Assembly: GCA_040755855.1 (NCBI GenBank)
Contig: JBFMAD010000001.1
Coordinates: 160,001 to 224,000 of the forward strand
From: Planctomycetota bacterium
GTDB taxonomy: Bacteria; Planctomycetota; Brocadiia; JAADGH01
DNA length: 64,000 nt
Direction of reading: 5' to 3'
Part shown: positions 8,913 through 19,364 of the stretch, piece after piece
Layout: every line of letters starts with the position of its first letter
How positions within the stretch are numbered: the first letter of the stretch is position 1
Notes under the pieces: generated by a model
What the model saw: only the letters and a program-made list of their open reading frames with translations
Told to the model about the DNA's origin: nothing
The model's database searches: none
Program-made: the position numbers and the translations under genes

Positions 8913-9965
8913 GTGAACAAGCGACCCACCATTCGTGATGTCGCCAATGCGGCCCATGTATCAACGGCCACGGTCTCGCAGATTCTGAGGCATGGCGGCA
9001 ACGAACTAATCAGCGAGAAGACGGTCAAGCGGGTGCAGGAAATCGCCAAGCGGTTGGGGTATCGTCCCAACCTGCTTGCGAGCAGCCTTGGCTCGGGAAA
9101 GAGCAATATCATCGGCGTGATCTCTTCGCGGCTCGACATACGCATCATGGTCCGGAAAATCGAGGCCGCTGAGCAGGTGTTCTCGTCCCATGGGTATGCG
9201 GTGATCGTTCTCGACGCCCGGGGGCAGGAGGAGTTAGAGGCGGAATATGTCTCCTTCCTGTCGCGAGGACTGCTGGATGGGATTCTCATCGCGTCGGACA
9301 CTTCGCCCCTGCTGCGGCTGGAGGTGAAAACTCTCTCCGAGAGAGGGCTTCCCATTGTCACCCTCGAGCCGATTGATGGGGTGGCGATTGATTGTGTCAC
9401 GGTGGATCGGGTGCGCGGGGCGTATAAGGCGGTAAGCCATCTGCTTTCCCTGGGGCACGAGCGGATTGCGTTCCTATCGAGCGATCCGACCAAGCGCGCC
9501 ATCCGCGACCGATACACGGGCTACGAGAAGGCGTTTCGCGAGCGGGGAATGGGAGTGGACCCGGAGATGGTGGTGGTCATCGCGTCGAAGAACCCCTGCC
9601 AAGAGGGGTATGAGGCGGCGCGCGAGGCGTTGAATCTCGATTCCCCGCCCACGGCGTTGTTTTGCCTGAGCGATGAGGTGGCCATCGGCGCGATGGCCTA
9701 TGTGCGTGAGTCCGGGAGGCGGGTGCCGGAGGATGTGGCCGTGGTCGGGTTTGACGATATCCAGGTGGGACGATATGCGGCCACGCCGCTGACGACGGTG
9801 TCGCAGCCGGCAGAAGACATTGGAAGACAGGCGGCGGAACTCCTGATCGAACGGATTAGCGGCAAGAGTGAGGGGATGAAGCCGCGCAAGATAGTGCTCG
9901 AACCTGAACTTGTCATCCGTCAGTCGTGCGGAGCGGCGCCCACGGGCGGGGACACTGCGTGCTGA
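8913..9965 (+). CDS. LacI family transcriptional regulator
   Basis: PTIRDVANAAHVSTATVS HTH, LGYRPN, VPEDVAVVGFDD, PLTTVSQP. Confidence 0.95.
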   Translation: MNKRPTIRDVANAAHVSTATVSQILRHGGNELISEKTVKRVQEIAKRLGYRPNLLASSLGSGKSNIIGVISSRLDIRIMVRKIEAAEQVFSSHGYAVIVLDARGQEELEAEYVSFLSRGLLDGILIASDTSPLLRLEVKTLSERGLPIVTLEPIDGVAIDCVTVDRVRGAYKAVSHLLSLGHERIAFLSSDPTKRAIRDRYTGYEKAFRERGMGVDPEMVVVIASKNPCQEGYEAAREALNLDSPPTALFCLSDEVAIGAMAYVRESGRRVPEDVAVVGFDDIQVGRYAATPLTTVSQPAEDIGRQAAELLIERISGKSEGMKPRKIVLEPELVIRQSCGAAPTGGDTAC

Positions 9966-9978
9966 GATTCGAGATTTT

Positions 9979-10080
9979 TCGCGATCCGGGAATGGGTGGT
10001 ACTTCTGGGCGGCCGTAACGAAAAGCGCGCGTGGTGCTACGGAATGCCCTAAGGGGCGGAACCGCCCATCCCGGGCGCGA
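9979..10080 (+). other. ~100-nt imperfect hairpin (candidate structured RNA)
   Basis: Nested pairings TCGCG/CGCGA, CCGGG/CCCGG, ATGGGTGGT/ACCGCCCAT, GGGC/GCCC, CCGTA/TACGG. Confidence 0.4.
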
Positions 10081-10195
10081 TTGCACGTCCGGCATGAATT
10101 TTGTCCTTGGATTGCGGAAAAGCTCGTGGTAGGATATTGGCGGTTGGCAGGAGTGTCCAACTCATTATCTCTTTGGCAGAGGGTAGGAGGACAAC

Positions 10196-10393
10196 ATGGT
10201 AAATCAAATCGGTGATGCGGCTGGTCGGGTCTGGCGCTGCCTGAACGAAAACGGCGAAATGGCCCCGTCGGCCGTGGCAAAGAAGACGGGCTTGAAGCGC
10301 GATATGCTCTTCGCGGGGATCGGCTGGCTGGCGCGGGAGCATAAGATCGGCTTCCGACCGGGCAAGCGCGGCGTTTACGTATTCTTGGCTTGA
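10196..10393 (+). CDS. winged helix-turn-helix protein (DUF2582 family)
   Basis: IGDAAGRVWRCL...AGIGWLAREHKI signature; AGGAGG RBS. Confidence 0.85.
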   Translation: MVNQIGDAAGRVWRCLNENGEMAPSAVAKKTGLKRDMLFAGIGWLAREHKIGFRPGKRGVYVFLA

Positions 10394-10444
10394 GGACCCC
10401 GTTCTTGCCCGCCGTCCGGTTCCCCTCAGCGCCGGTCTTCTCAT

Positions 10445-13400
10445 TTATTCCGGCGGAGAGAGGGGAAAGACGCCGGTGTGTTTTCCCTTATTCTCGTCGA
10501 GAAGGACGATCCTGAAATCGTAGGATTCCTTTGACTTTTCGAGGGGCCAGCCTGTGACAGTGTAGAGAATTTCCTGGCTTGTCGCATTGTCCAGGACCCG
10601 GAAGGGCAGCGCCAAGCTGCGGTCTCTATCCGGTTCCACTCCGGCAGGAAGCCAGTATTTGTTCACCGTGGGGGTCATTCGTTCCTTTCCGGAATCCAGC
10701 TCACCCCGAACGGCAATAATCTCCATTGGGGTCTCCGACGGATTGCTGATCGTGAGGCGACACTCGATCTGGGTGCCGTCCTTGGTTCGGGTCATCTTTG
10801 ATTCCTTCATGTGAATGACAAGCTGCGTCCCCGGTGTTGCGGTGGCCACCGCCGCCCCGGCCGACGCGGCTTCCGGCGCGGCTACGTGAGCGGCGACCTG
10901 CTCAAGGACGGACAGCCCCTCGCGCAGGAATTGAATCTCCTGAGCGATGGCGTCGGATTGAGACGGCGTTTCCTCCCGGGTCCCCTTTTCTGCTCGAAGC
11001 CTTTCCGTCTCTTCAAAGATTCGCGCCGTCACCTGGGCGATTTGCTCATCCATTCGCAAACGAATCTCATCCAGCCCGGTTCGGATCTCGTCCAATTGAC
11101 CTCGCAACTGTTCGGCAAGATGTTCGCTTCCCTGTCGTTCACCCAGGGAGTGCAATTCCTGCTCCATCACATCAACAGCTTGGCGAAGCAGGGCGAGTCG
11201 TTCGTCCATGATCTGGGCGGCGGCGGACGTTTTCTCGTCCACGCGGGACCGGATGCCGTCAATGGCCGCGGCGAATTCCTGCCGGATCGCATCAATTCGC
11301 TCCTGGGCCGATGAGACAGCCTCGGCTTCCGCCGTCCGCTCCCGAACGCTGTCGGCAAGTTCCCTGGCGGTGCGGCTGCCTTCATGTTCGATCGTCTCCA
11401 GCCGGTGGGCCTGCGCGTCCAGGGCGTTCTTCATTTCCTGGATCTGTTCTCTGCTTGCGGCGGAGAGTTGGTCAACGTGCTTGCGCAGATCGGACAATGC
11501 CTCTCCCTGCCGGGCGGAAATCTCCTCCACGTCTTCCGCCCCGGACGCTTTCCCGATGCTCAACTGGAGTTGGTTGATCCGGCGCTGAAGGTCGCTGATA
11601 GCATCGCTTGTCGCGTCCTTGGCAGCGGCGTCGGACAACCCCTTGCGCAGATCATCGAGGGCGTTCTCGATCTTTGAGATTCCCGCGACTTGCTCCTCGA
11701 TCTGCGAGAGCGCGTCAAGCCGCGTGCGAAGCCGGCCCACATCGTCTGCAACCGTCTTCTCCAGATCATTGATCCTGCCCTCGGCTTCGGATAGTCCTTT
11801 CACGGTCCTGGCGAGATGGTCTTGTTGATTTTGCAGATGCGAAAGTTGTTCTTCGACCGCCTTGCGGGTGGGAACTTCCTCGATCTGGACGGCAAGCGCT
11901 CCCAGTTCACCGGCGAGCTTGTCAATGCGTTCCGTATCCCGCGCGAGCGCGTCGAGCTTCTCGGCTACATCGGCCAACTTGTTCGAGAGGCCGTTGATCT
12001 TCCCCGCGTCCGCGGCCTGTTTTGCCAGCATTTCAACCTCGCTGATTTTCCGATGAACTTCCGCGACGGCATCCTCAAGGTCCTCCCTTGGCCCGGCCGT
12101 TTCGGAACGGGACTCGGCGGCCGCCAGTTTCTCCTCCACATCAGCCTTCCATTCCTCCATCTGCGAGGAGATGTCCTGCAAAGAGGTCAGCTCGCGCCTC
12201 AGCGATGAGAACTGGGACTTCGTCTCCGCGAGGTCTTTTCGAATCTGCTGCATCGAAGTGAGCGCCTCGCGGAGGGAGGACACCTCGTCGTCAATGGCGG
12301 CTACTTTTCGGGCGAGGTCGGGATCGCACTGGGCGCTCTTCTGCGCCTCGTCTACCTGGGCCTTCATCGTGGCGAGGGACGTGCGGAACGTCTCTTCGAG
12401 GTCGTCCGCCTTCCGCTGTGCACCGACAGAGAGCCGGGAAAGCTCCTCCGTGAGGGAGTCCACACGCTTTTCGATTAGGGCGAGCTGCGGCCTGATGTCG
12501 TCCTTCCGTGATAATTCCTGCAGACCGGAGCGCGCCTCCTCGACGTCGGCCCGGATGTCCGCAACGGCTTTTTCCGTCTCCTTCAGCCGCTCCAGGTCCC
12601 TCACTTTGTCTCCCATCTGGCCCAGTTGATCGCCCAGGGCCGCCACGTCGCGGCTGACCTCCGCAAATTTCTCTTTCACACTCCTTGCGAGTTTTTCGAC
12701 GTCGGCGACCTGTACGGCCTTGTCGAGGCGCCCCTTTATTTGCTCCACTTCATCCGCCATCTTGCTGTTCTGCAGGTCCTTCACGGCCTGCCGCATGGAC
12801 GCCACCTCCGCCATCATGCGATTGGCCATCTCCTGCAATTGAGCCGCGTTCACCCTCTCATCCAGGTCGGTCCGGAAGTCTTCTAACTTCTTGTCAATGT
12901 CCGTTCTGAGCGACAGGACCGTCTGGGCGTTCGGCATCCTGCTCATATCGGCCTGAAGCGCCTTGAACTGCGTCTTTAGGTCCTCTATGGAATCGCCAAG
13001 TTTCTTCTTCGTCGTTTGCAGCGTTTTTTGGACCTTTTCCGACGCCGTGTGGTCCTGCGCCAACTCTTTCAACTTGGCCACGTCGGCCGACAGGTCCTGG
13101 AGCCTGGCCAGCTCGCCGTTGAATCGCGCGATTTCATCGCGCGCGGCCGCCGCTGCTCCCACCTCCTGTTGGACGGCGGCGATTTCCTCTTTCGTGGCCT
13201 TGCAGTTCAGGTCGGCCTGGCTCTGGTTCAGCGCATCCTCCACGCGATGGAGGATTTCGGCCATCTCTCGAATTTTGCTCTCGCGGGATTGTTCATTTTG
13301 TTCGAGGGCCTCGACCTCCGCCGCCAGTTTCTTCAGCGCGACATCCGCTCCGCCCTCGCCCTGGCGCAGCTGCTGCTCGATCGCAGACAGGGCGGTGGAG

Positions 13401-13933
13401 AGTCTTTCGATCTCGGCGACCTGGACCTCGCCATCGCCCTTCTTCTTTCCAAGTTGGCCCACCGTGTCCTTGAGGAGGGACACCTCGCCCGCGAGTTTGT
13501 GAATGACCCCGATCTGGTCGCGGAGGCGGGCGATTTCGGCGCGAAGGGATTCCGGGGATACAGCAGATTGCTCTATGGCGGCAATCTGTTGTTTGAGTGC
13601 CTTAAGATCGGCGCTGCTGCGTTTCAGGTATTCTACGTCCCCGACAATCTGATCGAGGCGAGCGGCGACTTCGTGGACCTTCGCCAGGTCCACGGCGGGG
13701 GCTTGCTTGGCGCTCTCCACCTGCTCCGCGGCCTTGGGTGCGAATGGCCTGACCACCCAGAAGTAGCCTACGGTCAACCCGATGACGGCGAACCAGGCAA
13801 GGAAATCCGTCGCGTCAAGACGAGCGACGTTGCACCACATCGTAATAATAGCCAGAAGGTTGAGCACGGCCAGGAATCCGATGGGAATGGCCGTGTTCAA
13901 GAAATCGCTTTTATCGTTCGAAGGCATAGACAT
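10445..13933 (-). CDS. large coiled-coil protein, two N-terminal TM helices, C-terminal beta-rich domain
   Basis: ~950 aa of E/K/Q/A/L heptad sequence; GAGGGG RBS before MSMPS. Confidence 0.75.
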   Translation of the reverse strand: MSMPSNDKSDFLNTAIPIGFLAVLNLLAIITMWCNVARLDATDFLAWFAVIGLTVGYFWVVRPFAPKAAEQVESAKQAPAVDLAKVHEVAARLDQIVGDVEYLKRSSADLKALKQQIAAIEQSAVSPESLRAEIARLRDQIGVIHKLAGEVSLLKDTVGQLGKKKGDGEVQVAEIERLSTALSAIEQQLRQGEGGADVALKKLAAEVEALEQNEQSRESKIREMAEILHRVEDALNQSQADLNCKATKEEIAAVQQEVGAAAAARDEIARFNGELARLQDLSADVAKLKELAQDHTASEKVQKTLQTTKKKLGDSIEDLKTQFKALQADMSRMPNAQTVLSLRTDIDKKLEDFRTDLDERVNAAQLQEMANRMMAEVASMRQAVKDLQNSKMADEVEQIKGRLDKAVQVADVEKLARSVKEKFAEVSRDVAALGDQLGQMGDKVRDLERLKETEKAVADIRADVEEARSGLQELSRKDDIRPQLALIEKRVDSLTEELSRLSVGAQRKADDLEETFRTSLATMKAQVDEAQKSAQCDPDLARKVAAIDDEVSSLREALTSMQQIRKDLAETKSQFSSLRRELTSLQDISSQMEEWKADVEEKLAAAESRSETAGPREDLEDAVAEVHRKISEVEMLAKQAADAGKINGLSNKLADVAEKLDALARDTERIDKLAGELGALAVQIEEVPTRKAVEEQLSHLQNQQDHLARTVKGLSEAEGRINDLEKTVADDVGRLRTRLDALSQIEEQVAGISKIENALDDLRKGLSDAAAKDATSDAISDLQRRINQLQLSIGKASGAEDVEEISARQGEALSDLRKHVDQLSAASREQIQEMKNALDAQAHRLETIEHEGSRTARELADSVRERTAEAEAVSSAQERIDAIRQEFAAAIDGIRSRVDEKTSAAAQIMDERLALLRQAVDVMEQELHSLGERQGSEHLAEQLRGQLDEIRTGLDEIRLRMDEQIAQVTARIFEETERLRAEKGTREETPSQSDAIAQEIQFLREGLSVLEQVAAHVAAPEAASAGAAVATATPGTQLVIHMKESKMTRTKDGTQIECRLTISNPSETPMEIIAVRGELDSGKERMTPTVNKYWLPAGVEPDRDRSLALPFRVLDNATSQEILYTVTGWPLEKSKESYDFRIVLLDENKGKHTGVFPLSPPE

Positions 13934-14028
13934 ACCCCTCCTAACACACTCCCCGTACATAAGAAGAAACCCTTGCGCCGTGTGGGTTTCGTAGCAACGC
14001 CATATCACAGAAGCGGATACGCGGCAAA

Positions 14029-14057
14029 AGTTTACCCCACGGATTCTGGCTTGTCAA
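14029..14057 (-). promoter_or_regulatory. sigma70 promoter of the coiled-coil gene
   Basis: Minus strand TTGACA-17nt-TAAACT. Confidence 0.55.
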
Positions 14058-14136
14058 GCGAAATGTGGATTTTTGGGTAATGCGCCAGGCGGTTGTATTT
14101 TTGCGAACGACGTTTCCTTCGGTCCGGCTTCTCGCC

Positions 14137-16071
14137 CTACGGTTGCGCGACGGGGAGCGTGAAGGTGAAGCGACTGCCCTTGCCGAGGTTGCTCTCGACC
14201 CACACTTTTCCCCCGTGCGCCTCGACGATGCTCTTGACGATGGCCAACCCCAGACCCGTTCCGGGGACGCCGATTACTTCCTTGCGGGAGACGCGGTAAA
14301 ACTTGTCAAACACCCGATCGAGGTCTTCTTCCGCGATGCCGATGCCGTTGTCGCTGACGCTGATTTCCACGGCCTCCACGGGAGAGGATCGCCGCCTGGC
14401 GCGAACCACGATCTCCGCCTTGCCATCGCTATATTTGATCGCATTGCCGATGAGATTCGAGATCACCTGGCGCAACTTTTCTGGGTCGGCAGAGACCGTC
14501 GGCAACGACTCCGCTATGTCGCTCACTATTGACACACGCTCGGCGTCGCTGACTGCGCGGCTTTCCTCAATCATCCGATGGAGCTGCTCGGCCACATCCA
14601 GGGGCATCTTGTCGAGCTGAAGTTGTCCGGCCTCAATCCGCGAGAAGTTGAGCAGGTCCTGGATAAGATTTGCAAGGCGGCTGGTATCGTCCTTCAGGAT
14701 GTTGAGGAGCGTGTCCACTTTGCCCTGGTCCTGGTCGGAGACGAATGCCTGGAGGGAGTCAATGGACCATTGAATGGAGGTGAGCGGCGTGCGCAGCTCA
14801 TGGGAGACGGTGTTCAGGAAATCCGTCTTCAGCCTGTCCAATTCGCGGAGGCGGATGTTTTGTTCCCTGAGTTTGTCCGTGTTTTCCTGAAGGGTGTCTT
14901 CAAGTCGCTTTCGTTCGGTAATATCCCGGACGATGTTCTGCACGACCTTGCGGTCTTCCTGTTCCAGGATGGTGGATGTGATGTCGGCGTAGAACACGGC
15001 GCCGTCTTGACGGGTGCAGGCGATGCCTTCCACCGCTTTTCTGCGCTGCGCGGCGTCGGCCGAAAAGGCGCCGGAGGCATGAAGGTCTGCTGCATTCATC
15101 GCAAGGAGTTCATCGCGCTGGAAGCCGAAGAGGCTGCAGAAAGCGGGATTGGCGTCGAGTACGCGGCCGGTCGCCGCGTCGCTGATAAGGATTCCTTCGC
15201 CGGCGGTCTTGAAGATCGCCTCGAACTTGCGCTCCGAAGCCCGTGCGGCGGCGATGTGTTCAAGGAACTGGTGGTGGATCCGTCTCATGTTGTGGACGAT
15301 CAGGGCCTTCTCGCAGATCGGCGGGATGTCGCGGATATGGAACGGTTTCTTGATGTAGTCATAGGCGCCGGCGCGCATGAGGTCCACGGCCAGCGCCTCA
15401 TCCCCGTGAGCGGTCATCATGATGAACATAATGTCCGGATGATGTCTGCGGGCCCACTGGAGGACGGCCATGCCGTCCATCTTCGGCATCTTGTAGTCGA
15501 GAAGCGCCAGCGGGGGGGCGAGCGTTTCGATGGCGGCCACGGCCTCCTCGCCGTTGCGGGCAATGCGCACATCGTAGCCCTCGCGCTTGAGGCAGTGCTC
15601 CAGGATCGTGCTGATGGAGACGTCGTCGTCCACGATGAGGACGTCTCGGCGAGGAGTGAGGAGGCCCTTCTTATCGCGGCTCACCGTAGCCGGGGCGAGC
15701 TGGGTGGAGACCAGGTCAACGAAGTCTTCCTCTTCGAATGGGACCTGGAGGAGAGCCAGCGCCCCGACATCGGCGGCAAGGCGCACGGCGGTGGCGTCGC
15801 GGTAGCTCGCGGAGGTCAGCAGAATGGGAATGTCATTGAACCTGCGGTACTCTTCGGACTTGATGACCCGGCACAACTGCCACCCGTCCATGATGGGCGC
15901 GTTCGCGTCGGCGATGATGAGAGAAGGAAGATCGGCCTCGATCTCCGCCAGCGCCGCGCCGCCATCGGCGCAGACGGAGAAATTGGTGTAGCCGTTTCGC
16001 TCCAAGGCGCTCATCATCCGGCGACTGACGGTCGGGTCGCTGTTGACAATGAGGATGCGCTTCGCCGCCAA
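14137..16071 (-). CDS. cytoplasmic hybrid histidine kinase REC-REC-PAS-HisKA-HATPase
   Basis: Two receiver domains ([23 protein letters not shown]), PAS ([11 protein letters not shown]), [31 protein letters not shown]. Confidence 0.93.
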   Translation of the reverse strand: MAAKRILIVNSDPTVSRRMMSALERNGYTNFSVCADGGAALAEIEADLPSLIIADANAPIMDGWQLCRVIKSEEYRRFNDIPILLTSASYRDATAVRLAADVGALALLQVPFEEEDFVDLVSTQLAPATVSRDKKGLLTPRRDVLIVDDDVSISTILEHCLKREGYDVRIARNGEEAVAAIETLAPPLALLDYKMPKMDGMAVLQWARRHHPDIMFIMMTAHGDEALAVDLMRAGAYDYIKKPFHIRDIPPICEKALIVHNMRRIHHQFLEHIAAARASERKFEAIFKTAGEGILISDAATGRVLDANPAFCSLFGFQRDELLAMNAADLHASGAFSADAAQRRKAVEGIACTRQDGAVFYADITSTILEQEDRKVVQNIVRDITERKRLEDTLQENTDKLREQNIRLRELDRLKTDFLNTVSHELRTPLTSIQWSIDSLQAFVSDQDQGKVDTLLNILKDDTSRLANLIQDLLNFSRIEAGQLQLDKMPLDVAEQLHRMIEESRAVSDAERVSIVSDIAESLPTVSADPEKLRQVISNLIGNAIKYSDGKAEIVVRARRRSSPVEAVEISVSDNGIGIAEEDLDRVFDKFYRVSRKEVIGVPGTGLGLAIVKSIVEAHGGKVWVESNLGKGSRFTFTLPVAQP

Positions 16072-16119
16072 GGAACCTCTCCTCGTTCTCTATGGGGAAT
16101 AAGTCCGAGGCCCAGGGCT

Positions 16120-17493
16120 CTAACCGAAATCCTTGGCATTCATATTGAACTTCTTGAGCTTCCTCTGGAAGTTCTGCCACGCGATTCCGGCGCGTTTGGC
16201 CGCCGCGCTGATGTTCCCCTTGGTCTCTCGCAACAGGCCGGCGACATACTGCCGCTCAAACTCATCGCGGGCCTCCGCGAGCGACCGACTCAGGTCCACT
16301 GTCGGCCCCTCATCCCCGGGGGGCGGAGGCGCACCCATCCGCGGGAGGTGCGAGGGAAGGATCTCGCCTCCTTTGGACAGGATAACGGCGCGTTCAATGA
16401 CATTCTCGAGCTCGCGGACATTTCCGGGCCAGTCATGCGCCTTCAGGAAGATCATCGCATCGTCTGAGATCTTCGCCGGGCCCGCCTCGCTCCCGTATTT
16501 CTCAAGCAGATGTTGCACCAGCAGCGGGATGTCGTCCTTGCGCTCCTTCAGGAGGGGGAGACGAATCTCCACCACGTTCAGGCGGTAGTAGAGATCCTCC
16601 CGGAAGTTTCCCTTTTCCACCTCGGCGGTAAGGTCCCTATTCGTTGCCGCAATCAGTCGCACATTCACTTTAATGGGGGTCGTCGAGCCGACGCGGACAA
16701 TCTCCCGCTCCTGCAGCACGCGCAGCAATTTGGCCTGAATGGGCGGCGGGGTCTCGCCGACCTCGTCGAGGAAGAAGGTTCCGCCGTCCACGGCCTCAAA
16801 GGCGCCGATCTTCCGCGAATCGGCCCCGGTGAAGGCGCCCTTTTCGTGGCCGAACAGTTCGCTTTCAAACAGGTGTTCCGGTATTGCCGCGCAGTGGAGG
16901 CAATAGAGGCGCCTGTCGCCGCGGGGGCCGTTGTAATGGAGGGCGCGCGCCACCAGCTCCTTGCCCGTTCCGGTGGCGCCGACGATCAGCACCGTGCTGT
17001 CCTTCTCCACAACGCTCTCCATCATGGAGAAGACCTTCTGCATGGACGGACTGTTGCCGATAATACTGTCGAACTTATGCTTCGCCCGTAGCTGGCGCTT
17101 GAGTTCTTTGTTCTCCGTCGCGAGATTCCGGAAAGCGATGGCCCTCTTGATGTTCTCGCTCAATTCGTCGGCCGACGAGGGCTTCAGGATGTAGTCAAAG
17201 GCGCCCAACTGAATCGCCTTGACCGCGGCCTTCACATCGGCGTGGGCGGTGATCATGATGACCACGATCTCCGGGTGGGATTTCTTGACCCGGCTCAGCA
17301 CCTCCAGACCATCCAGGGGGGTCATCCGCACGTCGAGCAGCATGACATCAATGGCGCCGATGTCGCACGCCCCCAGCGCCTCCTGCCCGGTTGATGCGGT
17401 ATTGACGGCGTAGCCCATGCGCTCCAGGCCAATCTGGATGGCCTGAGCCACGTTGGGTTCGTCGTCAACAACTAACACCCTTGTTTGAGGCAC
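16120..17493 (-). CDS. sigma54-dependent response regulator (NtrC/AtoC type)
   Basis: REC domain, [38 protein letters not shown], Fis-type HTH. Confidence 0.95.
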   Translation of the reverse strand: MPQTRVLVVDDEPNVAQAIQIGLERMGYAVNTASTGQEALGACDIGAIDVMLLDVRMTPLDGLEVLSRVKKSHPEIVVIMITAHADVKAAVKAIQLGAFDYILKPSSADELSENIKRAIAFRNLATENKELKRQLRAKHKFDSIIGNSPSMQKVFSMMESVVEKDSTVLIVGATGTGKELVARALHYNGPRGDRRLYCLHCAAIPEHLFESELFGHEKGAFTGADSRKIGAFEAVDGGTFFLDEVGETPPPIQAKLLRVLQEREIVRVGSTTPIKVNVRLIAATNRDLTAEVEKGNFREDLYYRLNVVEIRLPLLKERKDDIPLLVQHLLEKYGSEAGPAKISDDAMIFLKAHDWPGNVRELENVIERAVILSKGGEILPSHLPRMGAPPPPGDEGPTVDLSRSLAEARDEFERQYVAGLLRETKGNISAAAKRAGIAWQNFQRKLKKFNMNAKDFG

Positions 17494-17824
17494 ACTTGCT
17501 CCTCTCTCCGGCGGTGAAACAGCCCTCGTAGTATTCTATCGCTTCGGAGGGAAAGAATCAAGCAGTTCTGCTGAATGCCTTGCAAACCCATTTCGGCGGA
17601 GAGACACGGGAGCGGTATATGCCCAAAGCGGGCTTGGCCCGCAATCCCGCCACGGGCGGGTTCTGCAAGTCTTTCCCCTACTGTTTGTGGGTAAAATTCA
17701 GACCAAATCGAAAAATTTCTATTTTACCCCACCAGCGTTCCGCAGGGAAAATCAAGGATGCTTTTCAGGTGATAAAACCCTATTTGGGCAATATCAACAT
17801 AATTATCCCACTATTATTGCCTTA

Positions 17825-17900
17825 TTAACGCCATTTAATACCATATTAACCATATTTAATGGGTAATTGGATTTGACTATCTGGAATGTAGTGCTATACT
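17825..17900 (+). promoter_or_regulatory. pilin-cluster promoter with phased TTAA repeats
   Basis: TTAA at 17825/17835/17846/17856, then TTGACT-16nt-TATACT (extended TG). Confidence 0.6.
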
Positions 17901-18014
17901 ACTGACAGAGCAAAAAGATCTACTCCCGGGGACCTGAATTGGGAGTGCGTCGTCCTTTCTGTCGCATCAATTAACACCAACCATATGCACAGTCCAGAAA
18001 TGAGGCGAGACAAA

Positions 18015-19331
18015 ATGAGAAAAGAACATGGATCGGCTCTGTTCTTCACGCTCGTCGGAATTGTCGTCGTAACGGGACTCATCACTACAGGCACGATCAT
18101 CCTGCTCAACACCAGCACCATGGTCGAGCTTCAACTACGCACCCACGGCCAAGCCGTCAGCATCGCGAAGGCCGGCCTCGTGGAGGCGCTTTCCTGGTTT
18201 CGCCGGAATGCGCTCGAGAGCGAGTTTAATCCGCAACTTGATCTGGCCGCCTCCCCGCGCCCGATCAACGATACTGCTGACCCCTCCATGGGCATCGTTC
18301 GGGAGTTCCAGGTCAGCGAACGGGACGACTTGTGGGGCCGCTATGAAGTAAGGAAGCTCGGCACCTACAAGGTGGAGGACGTCTCCCTCGACCGATGCTA
18401 CACCGATCCCGGCGCAACCGAGGGCAACGGCCAGGCATGGTTGATTTACTCGGTAGGCTACATCTTCAAAAAGAAAGACCCCGACACCTATCAGACAACG
18501 GATTTCTACAGCGTCAAACCGGAGGCGGAAGGGGAGGAGCAGTACGCCGTGGATATGAACGCGGTGAAGGTCCTCTCCCGGGCCGTCGTGGCCACCGAGC
18601 TCCGCCGATTTATGATCCAACCCCCCGGCAACTCCGCCGTTTGCGCCCATCGCGGCTCCGCAATCACCATCGGGAGCAAGGGACGCGTCGTCGGCGGTGA
18701 CGGCGCGACCCTCCTCTACGCCCAGAGCACAGGAAGCCCCAGCATCTCCGGCGAGGTCAACGGTTCGTCGCAGACCGTCGGCCCCACACCCCCCGACACC
18801 GGCGACAGCAACAACAACAACATTTACGACGATTTCGAAATCCATCTCGTCTTCCCCAAAATGCACAAGTCGGAACTTCGGGCCATGGCCGATATCTATA
18901 CCACCGACTATACGGAACTCCCGAACCCGCTGCCGAACTATTCCCTCATCTACATTGACGGCGACGCCGTCTTCAGCCCCGGCGACTGGCCTGACGGAAG
19001 AAAGAAAAGGCTGGACGGTGTCGGAGTCCTGTTTGTGGACGGCAACCTCACCATCGAGGCGAGCTCCAATTCCATATATCGCGGCATGATCTATGTGACG
19101 GGCAACTATGTGCAGCAGGCGCCATCCCTCATCAGCGGCACCGTCATCACCTGCGGCTGGCAGGATACCAACCTGAACAACAAGTGGGACACGGGCGAAC
19201 CCTGCGCCACGGTCAACGTCTCCGGCGCGGGCGACTACTCCGAAATTGACTACGATGCGGATATCCTGCAGCGGGTGCAGGACATGATGTCCAACTATCG
19301 CTTCTCCCGTTCTATCTATGTGGTGGAATAA
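18015..19331 (+). CDS. PilX/GspK-like minor pilin
   Basis: MRKEHG|SALFFTLVGIVVV class III signal lacking Glu5; AVSIAKAGLVEAL; C-terminal GVLFVDGNL / GMIYVTGN repeats. Confidence 0.7.
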   Translation: MRKEHGSALFFTLVGIVVVTGLITTGTIILLNTSTMVELQLRTHGQAVSIAKAGLVEALSWFRRNALESEFNPQLDLAASPRPINDTADPSMGIVREFQVSERDDLWGRYEVRKLGTYKVEDVSLDRCYTDPGATEGNGQAWLIYSVGYIFKKKDPDTYQTTDFYSVKPEAEGEEQYAVDMNAVKVLSRAVVATELRRFMIQPPGNSAVCAHRGSAITIGSKGRVVGGDGATLLYAQSTGSPSISGEVNGSSQTVGPTPPDTGDSNNNNIYDDFEIHLVFPKMHKSELRAMADIYTTDYTELPNPLPNYSLIYIDGDAVFSPGDWPDGRKKRLDGVGVLFVDGNLTIEASSNSIYRGMIYVTGNYVQQAPSLISGTVITCGWQDTNLNNKWDTGEPCATVNVSGAGDYSEIDYDADILQRVQDMMSNYRFSRSIYVVE

Positions 19332-19364
19332 TAAATTCCCGACCCCCTTGTGGAGGTGCATCCG

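Noticed and set aside
10090..10104. sigma54 promoter CGGCATGAATTTTGT
   Set aside because: The -12 element reads GT rather than the conserved GC; too weak to call.
10445..13933. SMC or phage tape-measure protein
   Set aside because: No Walker A/B or hinge motifs, and no phage genes nearby.
14578..16467. Long antisense/shadow ORFs (also 43175-45499, 31784-33808, 18135-19361, 24921-26165, 36512-37732)
   Set aside because: They lie opposite well-supported genes, are expected in high-GC DNA and show no recognisable motifs.
17690..17880. Possible oriC (AT-rich, TTATCCCAC)
   Set aside because: Only one imperfect DnaA-like box and no dnaA/dnaN nearby.
17903..17965. c-di-GMP-I riboswitch in pilin leader
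   Set aside because: Lacks the GGCAAA...GAAA...GACGCAAA pattern; only generic pairing.
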